A DNA stretch of 64,000 nucleotides from positions 10,152 through 74,151 of the forward strand of contig JBAUZT010000019.1 in NCBI GenBank assembly GCA_049585415.1, written 5' to 3'. The notes under the pieces were generated by a model, which worked only from the letters and a program-made list of their open reading frames with translations, did no database searches and was not told where the DNA came from. Of this stretch, positions 18,822-28,813 are shown piece by piece. A program made the translations under genes and the position numbers. Source of the DNA: Thermoplasmata archaeon (GTDB lineage: Archaea > Thermoplasmatota > Thermoplasmata > Lutacidiplasmatales > UBA184). The first letter of the stretch is position 1, and the number at the start of each line of letters is the position of its first letter.

Positions 18822-19604
18822 ATGGCGACCGGGACCGAGCTCTTTCCGAGCGTGCCCACCCGCGGCCGGGCGCTCCCCGCGTTCGGGATCGTCGGTTGGC
18901 GATGGATCTCGCGCAATCCCGCGGTGGCGATCACCCCGGTGTTGCTCCCGTTCATCTTCCTCTACTTCCTCTCGCTGATCTCGCCCCCGTCCCTCCTCCC
19001 GCTCGAGATCGTCGGCGCGATGCTGTTCACGATGCAGAACATCGGGAGCTGGACGCTCGGCGACAGCGCGTTCTGGCGGATCGAGTGCTCGCTCCAGGAC
19101 ATGTTCGTCGCGAGCCCGCTCTCGAGGATCCGCTACCTCTTCGGGATCGCGTTCTCGAACCTCATCGCGATGGTCCCGGCCCTCGTGGTGCTCATGGTGC
19201 TCCTCACCTGGGTCGGGGGACACCACGGCTACCCGTTCACCCCGTTGGCGGCGGTCGCGCTGTTCGCCGGCCTCCTGACCCTCTGGGTTCTCTTCTCGTC
19301 GATCGGGATCGCGATCTCGAGCCGGATCAAGACCCAGCGCGAGATCTGGCCGGTGGGGAACCTGACGTTCACGATCCTCGGGATGCTCTCGCCGTTGTAC
19401 TACCCGCTCAGCGCCCTCCCGCCCCTCTGGCAGGACGTCGCGCGGTTCCTCCCCACGACGTACGCCGCGCTCCTCGTTCAGGGAGCGCTCGGGATCACGC
19501 CCGCGACCCCGGCCCAACTGCTCCTCTACGCCGGGCTCCTCGCCGTGTGCGCCGTCGCCGGCCTCACGATCACACTGCGCCTCTACCGCTGGGGCGAAGG
19601 GTGA
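18822..19604 (+). CDS. ABC-2 type transporter permease (second subunit)
   Basis: Six-TM hydrophobic protein, immediately adjacent and paralogous in architecture. Confidence 0.6.
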   Translation: MATGTELFPSVPTRGRALPAFGIVGWRWISRNPAVAITPVLLPFIFLYFLSLISPPSLLPLEIVGAMLFTMQNIGSWTLGDSAFWRIECSLQDMFVASPLSRIRYLFGIAFSNLIAMVPALVVLMVLLTWVGGHHGYPFTPLAAVALFAGLLTLWVLFSSIGIAISSRIKTQREIWPVGNLTFTILGMLSPLYYPLSALPPLWQDVARFLPTTYAALLVQGALGITPATPAQLLLYAGLLAVCAVAGLTITLRLYRWGEG

Positions 19605-19775
19605 ACGACATTAAGGAAACGTTCAAACGGAGTGGCGTCATGCTCTCTTTGGTGCGCCCACCGAAACTCCAACCGGACGTTCGCCGCCCCGGCTTCCGGG
19701 CCGCCTCCCCGTTCGGTACCCTCCGATTTTCGATCCGTTCGCTTCCGCAAGGAGGACGGTACTAGAGGTCCCACG

Positions 19776-20093
19776 ATGGGCAACGACGAGTTCGACGAGA
19801 TCCTCTCCGCGCTCGACCGCGAGACGGCCCGCATCCGTGTGCGGGCGGAGCCCCGCCGGTACAACAAGCCCGCGACCGTGATCGGGGGGTTCCCGCCCGG
19901 GGTCGACCTCGCGGAGACGACCCGTTCGCTCAAGAACCGCCTCGCGACGGGCGGCTCGGTGGTGGACGGCGAGGTCTACCTGCAAGGCGACCACCGCGCG
20001 CGGATCCGCGACGAGCTCGCTCGCCTCGGTTTCGACCCCGAGACCGTCGAGGTCTCGGATGCGCCGCTCCCGAAGCGCGGACGCCGCGGATAG
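19776..20093 (+). CDS. translation initiation factor aSUI1 (eIF1 homologue)
   Basis: About 105 aa with ...YNKPATVIGGFPPGVDLAETTRSLKNRLATGGSVVDGEVYLQGDHR... characteristic of SUI1. Preceded by an AGGAGGA Shine-Dalgarno-like motif. Confidence 0.8.
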   Translation: MGNDEFDEILSALDRETARIRVRAEPRRYNKPATVIGGFPPGVDLAETTRSLKNRLATGGSVVDGEVYLQGDHRARIRDELARLGFDPETVEVSDAPLPKRGRRG

Positions 20094-20231
20094 CCTCCTT
20101 CCGCGGACCGCGTAAACCGCGCGCATCAACCCTTCGATTTCCCAATTTCTGCTCTTATTCGGCGCGATTCAGCGCCAATTGTGCGGGACGGTGAGGGTAT
20201 ATTCCCCGGCGCTTCGGGCGACCGGAGCTCT

Positions 20232-21089
20232 ATGTCCGCGTACGCGCACCCGGAAGTCCTCGTCGAGAACGATTGGCTCGCCCAGCACCTGAACGACCCG
20301 AAGGTCCGTGTCGCCGAGGTCGACTACGACCCCGCCGCGAACTACGAGCTCGGCCACATACCGGGCTCGGTACTGTTCGACTGGCGGAAGGACATCAACG
20401 ACCCCATCGCCCGAGACATCCTCTCGCAGCACGCAGCGACCGCGCTGTTCGGGCGCGGTGGGATCGACCCCGAAACGACACTGGTGCTGTATGGTGACTT
20501 CAACAACTGGTTCGCGGCGTTCGGGTTCTGGGTGTTCTCCTACTACGGCGTGAAGAACCTGAAGCTCCTGAACGGCGGCCGCAAGAAGTGGATCGCCGAA
20601 GACCGACCCCTCACGAAGGACGTTCCACCGGAGGGCGCGGGCAAGCTCAAGGCGAGCGCCCCCGACCCGAAGCTCCGCGCGTTCCTCGAGGACGTGCGAA
20701 AGGCGCTGCCCGAGGTCAAGGCCGGGAAGTTCGGCCTCGTGGACGTGCGGGGGCCGAAGGAGTTCTCGGGAGAGATCACGGCGCCGCCGGAGTACCCGAC
20801 CGAGCACGCGCAGCGGGGCGGCCACATCCCCGGCGCGAAGAACATCCCCTGGGCGCAGGCGGTCAAGGACGATGGGACGTTCAAGTCCCCCGAAGAACTC
20901 GCGCAGCTCTACAGCTCGAAAGGGATCACCGCCGGGACGCCGGTGATCACGTACTGCCGCATCGGCGAGCGGTCCAGCCACACCTGGTTCGTCCTGAAGT
21001 ACCTCCTCGGATACCCCGACGTCCGCAACTACGACGGGTCGTGGACCGAGTGGGGGAACCTCGTCCGGACCCCGATCGAGAAGCCGTAA
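20232..21089 (+). CDS. thiosulfate/3-mercaptopyruvate sulfurtransferase (two rhodanese domains)
   Basis: Tandem rhodanese domains and the active-site loop CRIGERSS. A TATA-like element (GGTATATTCC) about 25 nt upstream of the ATG at 20232 suggests a leaderless start. Confidence 0.85.
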   Translation: MSAYAHPEVLVENDWLAQHLNDPKVRVAEVDYDPAANYELGHIPGSVLFDWRKDINDPIARDILSQHAATALFGRGGIDPETTLVLYGDFNNWFAAFGFWVFSYYGVKNLKLLNGGRKKWIAEDRPLTKDVPPEGAGKLKASAPDPKLRAFLEDVRKALPEVKAGKFGLVDVRGPKEFSGEITAPPEYPTEHAQRGGHIPGAKNIPWAQAVKDDGTFKSPEELAQLYSSKGITAGTPVITYCRIGERSSHTWFVLKYLLGYPDVRNYDGSWTEWGNLVRTPIEKP

Positions 21090-21112
21090 GCGGCGAGGGT
21101 CCGGAAACTCTT

Positions 21113-21886
21113 TCAGCCCCCCGGTCGCCGCTTCGGCACCGGGTGGGCTTCCTTGCGAACCAGGAACTGGTGGAGGTTTCCCTCGCGCCGGCGCGCGAGG
21201 AGGGCGTGGCCGGTCTGGTCCGACCACCGCTCCATCTCGATCGGGCTGGTCGGGTCATCCGTCACGAGCAGGACGGCGGAGCCTGCGGGCCATCGCGTGA
21301 GCTCCTCGTTGAGCATCGTCAGTATCGCGGAGCATTCGATCCCGATCTCGAACATCTCGACTTCCGGGGTCCGGGGCCAGCAGCGGATCCGGCGGTCCCG
21401 GATGCGCTCGATGAGCCGGTCCCGGATCGCCTCGACCGACTGAAGGGTCGACGGAAGGGTCGCATCGCTCACGGGACGCACGCGCACGATCCAGCCCTCG
21501 CTGTATGGGGCGTCGTTGAGGAGGCGGGGCCGCTCGACGACCGCCGGGTTCCGCTCCACGATCTCCGCATCCATCGGGAGACGGACCGCCCCGGTGTACC
21601 GTTGGCTCTCGACCGTCGCGACGCTCCGGCCCTGGCCGACCGTGCCGACGATCGGCCGGAACGTGACCGATTGGAAGCGGCCCGCGAACCAGACGAGCGG
21701 GCCGAGGAGCCCCACCCGCCCACTGCCGCCCGAAGGGTCCGGGAGATACCATACCTCGTTCTCGAGGTCGTACAGCCGGTCCTCGGGAACGTCGCACCCG
21801 CCGATCTCCACGCCCGCGGAAGCCGGCGAGTCCGCTTTACTCCTGCGCGGCCGCAAGCTTTTCCATGCGTCCCGCTCCTCGCCCAC
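21113..21886 (-). CDS. GcvH-like (lipoyl-Lys replaced by Arg) / TusA-like sulfur-carrier fusion protein
   Basis: N-terminal half aligns to glycine-cleavage H protein (VATVESQRYTGAV...YSEGWIVRV), but the lipoyl Lys position reads Arg. C-terminal half matches TusA (IECSAIL...WPAGSAVLLVTDDPTS...TGHALL). Confidence 0.55.
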   Translation of the reverse strand: MGEERDAWKSLRPRRSKADSPASAGVEIGGCDVPEDRLYDLENEVWYLPDPSGGSGRVGLLGPLVWFAGRFQSVTFRPIVGTVGQGRSVATVESQRYTGAVRLPMDAEIVERNPAVVERPRLLNDAPYSEGWIVRVRPVSDATLPSTLQSVEAIRDRLIERIRDRRIRCWPRTPEVEMFEIGIECSAILTMLNEELTRWPAGSAVLLVTDDPTSPIEMERWSDQTGHALLARRREGNLHQFLVRKEAHPVPKRRPGG

Positions 21887-22089
21887 CCATGGTGGGGAAG
21901 CCGGAGTCTGCCCCTTCTCCGCTCGTCACGGCGCGGGCTCGGTGCCGATGCGGGCACCTGCCGACCCACCACATGCTCGTCGTGCCGGTCGGGTCGAGCG
22001 CGAGCTTCCGCCTCGACCCTTCCGGCCCGTGCGCGCTCTGCGGTGAGGGCGTCTGCCGCAAGTTCACTCCCGGCGGACCGTGAGGCGGA

Positions 22090-22548
22090 CTACCCGTAGG
22101 CAGCCTTGATCAGGTAGTCTTTGAGACGATGGAGCCGATCGTCCCATAGGTGGAAGTGCCACGAACGGGCGTCCTCCCACGCTTCCCCCGAGCCCCAACC
22201 CGAGTGTTCCAGCGTCACGTCGATTCCCTCCGGCGACTCGGCGAGACGCACATACACGTGCGTCTTCGGTTCCGGAGCATTGAGGAGGGTCTCGAACGGC
22301 GGAGGAGCGAGCCAGCTGAAGTCGATGTCGAGGTCCGTGTGCATGTCGAGGATCTTCCCGCGGCTTTCGAAGGAGGTCGGACTCGACCATCCGAGGACGT
22401 ACTCCCCGCCGACCCGCGGGTCCACTCGCGCGGAGTCGCAGAGCCAGCCCGTCAACTGCGTCGGGTCCGTGAACGCCCCGAAGATCATCGGGATGGGCAG
22501 TGGGACCGTCACCTGGATGAGGATCGGGTCGAGTTCGTCATCCACCAC
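22090..22548 (-). CDS. SRPBCC-family protein (AHSA1/START-like)
   Basis: About 150 aa with an SRPBCC-like profile. Confidence 0.5.
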   Translation of the reverse strand: MVDDELDPILIQVTVPLPIPMIFGAFTDPTQLTGWLCDSARVDPRVGGEYVLGWSSPTSFESRGKILDMHTDLDIDFSWLAPPPFETLLNAPEPKTHVYVRLAESPEGIDVTLEHSGWGSGEAWEDARSWHFHLWDDRLHRLKDYLIKAAYG

Positions 22549-22689
22549 GGCGCTCGGTTCCGCCTTCAGGGCCTAAAGGGTTTGCGAAGGGCCGGGGCAG
22601 AGAGAATGCATGCGGGGTTTTCGCGACGGCGACCCGGGCCCGCCAATGGAGGGGTCTTGCGGGGGGCTCGGGGAGGGATTTCCCCCCGT

Positions 22690-22715
22690 AAAAATCGTGG
22701 CCAACCTTTATGGTT
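22690..22715 (+). promoter_or_regulatory. putative archaeal BRE/TATA promoter (AAAATCG...CTTTATGG) for the large surface-protein gene
   Basis: An AT-rich octamer in an otherwise 68% GC context, about 20-25 nt upstream of the ATG at 22733, suggesting a leaderless mRNA. Confidence 0.3.
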
Positions 22716-22732
22716 TGTGAGGCGACAGCCCG

Positions 22733-25700
22733 ATGCGCATGAACGCACCTCGCGCGAAGGTGGGTCTCGCCATATTGGTGACCTTGGTTCTGGTGGTCTC
22801 GTCGCTGGGATTACTCGGGGCCGTGGGAACGTCCACCGCGGCCAGTTCCACTCCGGCCCCGGCGAGCGCAGCCCATGCCGCCAGCACGTCGGTCCCCGCG
22901 TCGCCCACGAGCCTGAGCGCCGGATCGACGACCCCGGTGGCCCATCTCGGCACTCAATCGATCCCCCTGCCCGAGCCGACGGTCCCATCGGCCGGCGAAG
23001 CGAACACTCCGGCCGCTCAGAAGATTCTGCAATCCCTCTCCGCGAAGGGCGTCCCTCTCCACGACGTCTTCCTTCCCTACTTGATGAACGGTCCTCACCC
23101 GGGCCTTACGAATGGGCACGTCAACCTCACCTACACCAGCAGCCCCGCGCCGTACGGGATCGGCGACTTCGGACTCAAGAACGTCTCGGGGGTCATCACC
23201 CCCTACCGCCTTGCCACCCCGAGCGTGGAAGCGAACTTCTCCACCGACGGACTCTCGGGGTACTCCGCGGATATCAGCGGCCCGGACGAATGGGGAGTCC
23301 AGCTCAACGCCGTCCTCAACAACGTCACCCTGTTCGGCACGGGAGGCTACCAGTTCTGGACCCAGAATGTTATCGAGTACTCCCCGGCGCTCGGTTCCCT
23401 GACGCTCCTCAGTAACATCTGGAACTTCTCGGCCTACGAGGCCGCCCTGCCCTGTGACGTCTTCATCGAGTATACGGGAGTCCTCGCGTGCCCGGAGTTC
23501 TGGTATACCGCCTCGACCCCGATTCCCACCACCATCCCGTTCACTCTCCAACTGTACCTGAACTCGTCTCTGGTCGGTGGCCGGGACAAGGTCGACTTCA
23601 ACTACTCGCTGACCCAGGGTTCCGGAACGACCTCCGGCAACTACGCTCATGCGGTCTTCAACTCGCTCGCACCGGGGGGAAACCCGGCCCTGACCCCCGC
23701 GCCCGCGTATGTCGCGAACGGTGCGGCCTACAACCCCGCCGGTCTTCCGGACGACTTCGAAGTCATGCTGGGTGGCCCCGGCGGTGGAAGCAACTTTGAC
23801 GTTTATCTTGCCTCATACACCTACATGACGCTCCAGTACTGGAGCGCCGCCGCCCACGCTTATCTCACGGTCCCCTCCGCCTACAACGTCGGCGGGGATA
23901 CGGGCGAGACCTCGGTCGGCGTGAACGCGGCGTGGAGTAGCTTCACCTCGGAAGGGGGTTCGCCTCCGTCGGAGATCCCCACCAGCTGCCTCGCCTGCGT
24001 GACGCTGTCGAACGGCCCCTCCTTCCAGTATGGTCTTTGGAACGTGTTGGGCGCCGGGGTGCACGGATATAGCCCGCACGTCGAGACCGACTGGTTTGAC
24101 CAGTCCCACATTGATTTCGAGTTACAGCCCGGGAATGCGTTCCTGTTCCTCGCCGAATCCTGGCTCTTCACCTCATGGGGTGGGACCAACTTCTCTACGT
24201 TCCAATGGACCCCGAACTTCGATTGGACGACGGTTCACGTTGTCCTGCCGGTGGGGAACTACACGGTGGTTAGCGTGCAGTCGGAATTCGACCCACTGGC
24301 CGGTTCCTGGAGTTTCGTCACCAACCTCGAGACGGCTTCCGGCCTGTTTTCGATGGTCCCCGACCTCAACAATGGGGTCTACACGCCGCTGTGGGCGTTC
24401 AATACCACCGGGCTTCAGAAGATCTCCTCCGGAGTTGACGGTCTGGGCGACGACGTCCTCTTCAACAACGAGTACGCCAACATTGGCCAGATCCCCGATA
24501 CGACTACGTTCGGCGCCACCCCGTATTTCCCGTGGTTCGGACTCATGAACGACTACGGGTTCCCGGTGTTCCCAGGAATCCTTCTCTCCGGCGTGGATTT
24601 TGTGGACGTCACCAGCGCCCCCTCGTTCACGGTCGCGGCCCCCGGCGCGCCGAGTTATGACCTAAACCTCGTCAGGAACCTGGGATGGCCGGAGACAAAC
24701 AATCTCCAGATGTTCATCTGGGAGAGCGCGTTCATCACCTTGGCATCGTCCACGATCACGGGTTGGTGGCCGGCGGTCTCGTTCTTCGGCTTGAGCCAGT
24801 CCTTTGCGAACGTGGTCTTTTGGAACACCTCGTTCGCGGTGATCGACGGAAACCTGTTCTCTACCGGGGGGATGGCCCTCTTCCTGTACGGCGGGGAATA
24901 CAACGAGATCGAGGGCAACGTCTTCGAGACCGGATCCTCCCCGCCCTCCGCCAACCCGTCCGCGACCGTCGCGGAGACCCAAGGCTCGATCGGACTCGTG
25001 GACGCCGATTGGGGGGACGCGTACCTCTATGGCGCTCAGGCGTGGTTCAACTGCGTGGTGTGCGACGAGATCTACAACAACGCATTCATCACGCTCATCA
25101 CAGCGGACAGCCCGTCGTTGGACCCGTATACGGGGAACGCTCCGGGGCTCGCGCCCTACTCCTTCAGTCAGGCCTGGAACTTCGCGTACACGACGGGCTC
25201 CACCAACATCATCGGCGGGAACTACATCGGCGGGAACTACTGGTGGGACTACGGGTATGCCGACAACCCCTACGGATACCTGCCGGACGTCGAGCTGAGC
25301 TACGTGCCGTTAGTCGAGTCCCACGACTCCTCTCCCCCCGCGACCATCTGCGTGGACCCTTTGGGGTCGTGTGACCAGGGTGCAGGGGATTACTATCCCC
25401 TCGTGAACGTCCCGATCTACAACATCACGTTCAAAGAGCAGGGGTTGCCCACCGGGACGGAATGGGAGGTCGAAGTTTACGTCCCACCGTTGTACTACTA
25501 CTTCCAGGACGAGGACGAGTACAACTACACGCTCGCGCCCAAGGTGCTGAATTTCACCGAGTCCGCCGGCGACTGGTACTACTATCCGTACACCGGCGAC
25601 CCGAACTACGCGGCGTTCGACGGGAACGTCACGATCACGAACAAGAGCGTGGTGGTCCTCGTGAAGTTCCAGACCGCGTACAAACTCACGTTCATCGAGA

Positions 25701-26644
25701 GCGGTCTCCCCTCGATGACGGACTGGGACGTGGAGGTCGAGAACTATGCCACGGACTTTGAAGGGTACAACTACAGCGATCACCCTTCGATGAACGTCTC
25801 GGGCATACTCCCTGGAACGTACGAGTATTATTCCTACACGTACGGTTCGGCGTCCGGGAAGTACATCCCGTCCCCGAACGACGTCTACATCACTGTCAGC
25901 GCGAATGCGACCGTGCACATCACGTTCGCACCCGCGTACCGATTGTCCGTCCATGCCGTCGGGCTCCCCTCGGGGTGGGACTGGTACTTCTCCGCGACCG
26001 GCTCGGGGGCGAACTACTCCGAGTACACTTCCGACACGTGGTACAACGTCACGGTCGGCTCCGGCACGTACTCCTGGCAAACCCAGGCGGTGGGATACGC
26101 CGCTTCGCCCAGCTCGGGGACACTACCGGTGACGGCGAACACCACACTCACGATCACGTTCGTGAGCCTGGCCTCGGCCACCGGAGCCCTCTCCGGCACG
26201 GTCACCCCGGCGTCGGCCACCCTGTGGGTGGACGGTACCCCGGAGACCCTCGGAGCGGGCGGAAGCTACGACCTGACGCTCCCGATCGGCATCCATAGCG
26301 TCGAGGTCAAGGACTCGGGGTACGCGACGTACTTCAACAACGTCACGGTCTTTCTCGGCCAGACGACGACGTTGAACATCGCGCTCACGCCGGTCACGTC
26401 CTCGAGCAGCTCAAGTCCGGGCGGCATTAGCAACCTCGGCTGGATCCTGATCGCGCTCCTCGCAGCGGTCGCGGCGATCCTCTTGGTGACGACGTTGATC
26501 TTCGCGCGTCGCCGACGCACGCCGCCCCCCGTCGCCCCGTACAACGCGCCACCCTCCATGGGAGGCGCGGCGGGTGCGCCCCCGGCGGGCGCCGCCCAAC
26601 CGTGGCAGGAGTCCCCACCGCCACCGCCCGCCGGCGGCAGCTAA
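22733..26644 (+). CDS. very large surface (S-layer-like) glycoprotein with right-handed β-helix repeats, a PEGA-like domain and a C-terminal TM anchor
   Basis: Signal peptide (MRMNAPRAKVGLAILVTLVLVVSSLG), more than 40 N-x-S/T sequons, pectate-lyase/NosD-like repeat region (NLFSTGGMALFLYGGEYNEIEGNVFE), PEGA-like β-sandwich near the C-terminus, then a Ser-rich linker, a TM helix, RRRR and a Pro-rich tail. Confidence 0.7.
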   Translation: MRMNAPRAKVGLAILVTLVLVVSSLGLLGAVGTSTAASSTPAPASAAHAASTSVPASPTSLSAGSTTPVAHLGTQSIPLPEPTVPSAGEANTPAAQKILQSLSAKGVPLHDVFLPYLMNGPHPGLTNGHVNLTYTSSPAPYGIGDFGLKNVSGVITPYRLATPSVEANFSTDGLSGYSADISGPDEWGVQLNAVLNNVTLFGTGGYQFWTQNVIEYSPALGSLTLLSNIWNFSAYEAALPCDVFIEYTGVLACPEFWYTASTPIPTTIPFTLQLYLNSSLVGGRDKVDFNYSLTQGSGTTSGNYAHAVFNSLAPGGNPALTPAPAYVANGAAYNPAGLPDDFEVMLGGPGGGSNFDVYLASYTYMTLQYWSAAAHAYLTVPSAYNVGGDTGETSVGVNAAWSSFTSEGGSPPSEIPTSCLACVTLSNGPSFQYGLWNVLGAGVHGYSPHVETDWFDQSHIDFELQPGNAFLFLAESWLFTSWGGTNFSTFQWTPNFDWTTVHVVLPVGNYTVVSVQSEFDPLAGSWSFVTNLETASGLFSMVPDLNNGVYTPLWAFNTTGLQKISSGVDGLGDDVLFNNEYANIGQIPDTTTFGATPYFPWFGLMNDYGFPVFPGILLSGVDFVDVTSAPSFTVAAPGAPSYDLNLVRNLGWPETNNLQMFIWESAFITLASSTITGWWPAVSFFGLSQSFANVVFWNTSFAVIDGNLFSTGGMALFLYGGEYNEIEGNVFETGSSPPSANPSATVAETQGSIGLVDADWGDAYLYGAQAWFNCVVCDEIYNNAFITLITADSPSLDPYTGNAPGLAPYSFSQAWNFAYTTGSTNIIGGNYIGGNYWWDYGYADNPYGYLPDVELSYVPLVESHDSSPPATICVDPLGSCDQGAGDYYPLVNVPIYNITFKEQGLPTGTEWEVEVYVPPLYYYFQDEDEYNYTLAPKVLNFTESAGDWYYYPYTGDPNYAAFDGNVTITNKSVVVLVKFQTAYKLTFIESGLPSMTDWDVEVENYATDFEGYNYSDHPSMNVSGILPGTYEYYSYTYGSASGKYIPSPNDVYITVSANATVHITFAPAYRLSVHAVGLPSGWDWYFSATGSGANYSEYTSDTWYNVTVGSGTYSWQTQAVGYAASPSSGTLPVTANTTLTITFVSLASATGALSGTVTPASATLWVDGTPETLGAGGSYDLTLPIGIHSVEVKDSGYATYFNNVTVFLGQTTTLNIALTPVTSSSSSSPGGISNLGWILIALLAAVAAILLVTTLIFARRRRTPPPVAPYNAPPSMGGAAGAPPAGAAQPWQESPPPPPAGGS

Positions 26645-26837
26645 GGCCGCCCGTCGCGACATGGGTCCAACCATTTCCTCCTCTCGGATACAGACTCCCG
26701 CGGCCCGCAAAGGGTGCCGGGGGGCGCTCACGCCCTCGCACGGTCGTCGAGCGCACTGGTCAGATCGCTGTCGCAGCGCGGCGGCAGCGGGGGACCCCAA
26801 ATTTATTGTCTCACGTCTTGTTCGGCCCCCCTGCACA

Positions 26838-28673
26838 ATGCGGTCGAGGTTCGGGCGTCGCACGATGCGTCCGTGGTTCGCCCTGCTCGTGGCGGGGCTC
26901 TTCCTGGCGAGCTTCTCGGGGTACCTGGCCGCGCCCCACGCGGCCTCGTCCGAGGCTTCCTCGGTCGCACCTGCGGCCGTGCCCGCGAGCGCGTCCAATA
27001 CGGTGATCGCCACCATTCCGGACATCAGCTCCCCCACGACCGGAACGTACGACCCGGCGAACGGGGACATCTACCTCCCGGACACGACTCTGGGACTCGA
27101 CTCCGGGACCAACGGGACCAACCTGACGATCATCGACGGCGCGACCAACTCCGTCACGGCCGTGGCGAGCCTCGGGATCAATGCTTACTACGAGACCCCC
27201 ACTTACGTGCCCCCAAACGAGGAGCTCTATGTCGCCGACCAGAACGGGTCGTTCGGCGTCAACAACGTCACGGCCTATACCGGGACGGACCACGTTGAGG
27301 CCAACATCGACACCGGAAACGCGTCGACGCCCACGACGCCGGTATACGACCCCGTCAACAAATACCTCTACGTTTCCGACCAGAACACGGCGTCGCTCAC
27401 CGCCCTCAACGACAACGTTTCGGTGATCAACACGACGACCAACACCCTCGTGACCCAGATTGGGGTCGGGTATGGCCCCGACCCGGGAGTTTACGATCCC
27501 GCGGACGGGGACGTCTACGTGCCGAACTTCAATTTCGGGAGCGGCACCAACCTCAGCATTATCAATGCGACCTCCGACACGGTCATCGACACCATCTCGC
27601 ATCTCAGCTCTCCGATCACCCCGGTCTACAACCCCGCCAACCAGGAGGTCTACGTCCCAGACGGCGGCCTGAACTCCTCGAACCTCACGATCCTCAAGGG
27701 AACGACGGTCGTGAAGACGATCGAGTTCAACACGGCCGACTCGGGTGACTTGTTGACCCCGGTGGTCGACTCGGCCAACGGGGACGTGTTTGTGACCCTG
27801 TACGCCACCGGTGGGATGGCCGTGCTCTCCCCCTCCAACACGGTCGTGACGACGATCTCCATCGGGGTCGAAAACTCGTTCTACAACCACCCGTCGACCT
27901 ACGACCCAGTCAACGGGGAGGTTTACGCCCCGGGGTACAGTTTCTATGGCGAGACTGGCGGGGTCTTCGCCATCAACGGCACAACCAATACGGTCACCAC
28001 CCTGATCGACGTCGGGGGCGCCCCCCAAACCCCCGTCTTCGACCCGGCCAATGACGAGGTATTCGTCCCGAACGAGGACACGAACAACGTAAGCGTGATC
28101 GACGGCGCTGCGTCAGGGGCGCCGCCACCGCCACCGGGCGAGTACGACGTGACGTTCACGGAGACGGGACTTCCGTCCGGCGCCTGGTGGAAGGTGACGT
28201 TCGACGGAACGACGATGAACGAGACCTCGAACTCGATCGTATTCTCGGACTACGCGAACAACTCGTACCCGTACACCCTTGATGGCTGGTACAGCGAGAG
28301 CACGTGCACTTCGGGGCTGACGAGCCCCTCGGGGATGCTAACCGTCAACGGCAAGGCGGCCACGATGACGATGCCGTTCACTTGCTCCAGTTCTACCCCG
28401 CCCCCGAGCTCGGGAGGCGGGGGATCGTCGTCCGGCTTCCTCGGCCTTCCCGGAGATGATGGCTACTTCCTGATCGGGGGCGTTGTCGCTGCCGTGGCGG
28501 TCGGACTGGCGGCTCTCCTGCTTCTCCGCGGCCGCGCTCCCAAGGGCGGCTCGTTCGCCGGAGCGCCCATGGGAGCCGGCGGCATGGCTCCCGGCGGTGC
28601 GCCACCTCCTCCGCCACCGCCTCCTCCCCCCCCGCCCGGCACGGGATGGCCGCCCCCACCGCCGCCGCCATAG
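26838..28673 (+). CDS. YVTN-family β-propeller repeat surface protein with a C-terminal TM anchor and poly-proline tail
   Basis: Signal peptide. Eight or more YVTN repeats (GTYDPANGDIYLPD, PVYDPVNKYLYVSD, GVYDPADGDVYVPN, PVFDPANDEVFVPN...). C-terminal TM followed by PPPPPPPPPPPPGTGWPPPPPPP. Confidence 0.75.
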   Translation: MRSRFGRRTMRPWFALLVAGLFLASFSGYLAAPHAASSEASSVAPAAVPASASNTVIATIPDISSPTTGTYDPANGDIYLPDTTLGLDSGTNGTNLTIIDGATNSVTAVASLGINAYYETPTYVPPNEELYVADQNGSFGVNNVTAYTGTDHVEANIDTGNASTPTTPVYDPVNKYLYVSDQNTASLTALNDNVSVINTTTNTLVTQIGVGYGPDPGVYDPADGDVYVPNFNFGSGTNLSIINATSDTVIDTISHLSSPITPVYNPANQEVYVPDGGLNSSNLTILKGTTVVKTIEFNTADSGDLLTPVVDSANGDVFVTLYATGGMAVLSPSNTVVTTISIGVENSFYNHPSTYDPVNGEVYAPGYSFYGETGGVFAINGTTNTVTTLIDVGGAPQTPVFDPANDEVFVPNEDTNNVSVIDGAASGAPPPPPGEYDVTFTETGLPSGAWWKVTFDGTTMNETSNSIVFSDYANNSYPYTLDGWYSESTCTSGLTSPSGMLTVNGKAATMTMPFTCSSSTPPPSSGGGGSSSGFLGLPGDDGYFLIGGVVAAVAVGLAALLLLRGRAPKGGSFAGAPMGAGGMAPGGAPPPPPPPPPPPPGTGWPPPPPPP

Positions 28674-28813
28674 TCGTGGGCCAGTTCGAACGGCGAAGTG
28701 AATCCACGACATTGGGCGCCCCGAGCTCTAGAGATTGTCTGATCGAGGTCGGAGCTCGATTCGGCCGAAACTATGGAGAGAAGGGGTTCGGGCCGATCCC
28801 GAGGACCGGGGGA

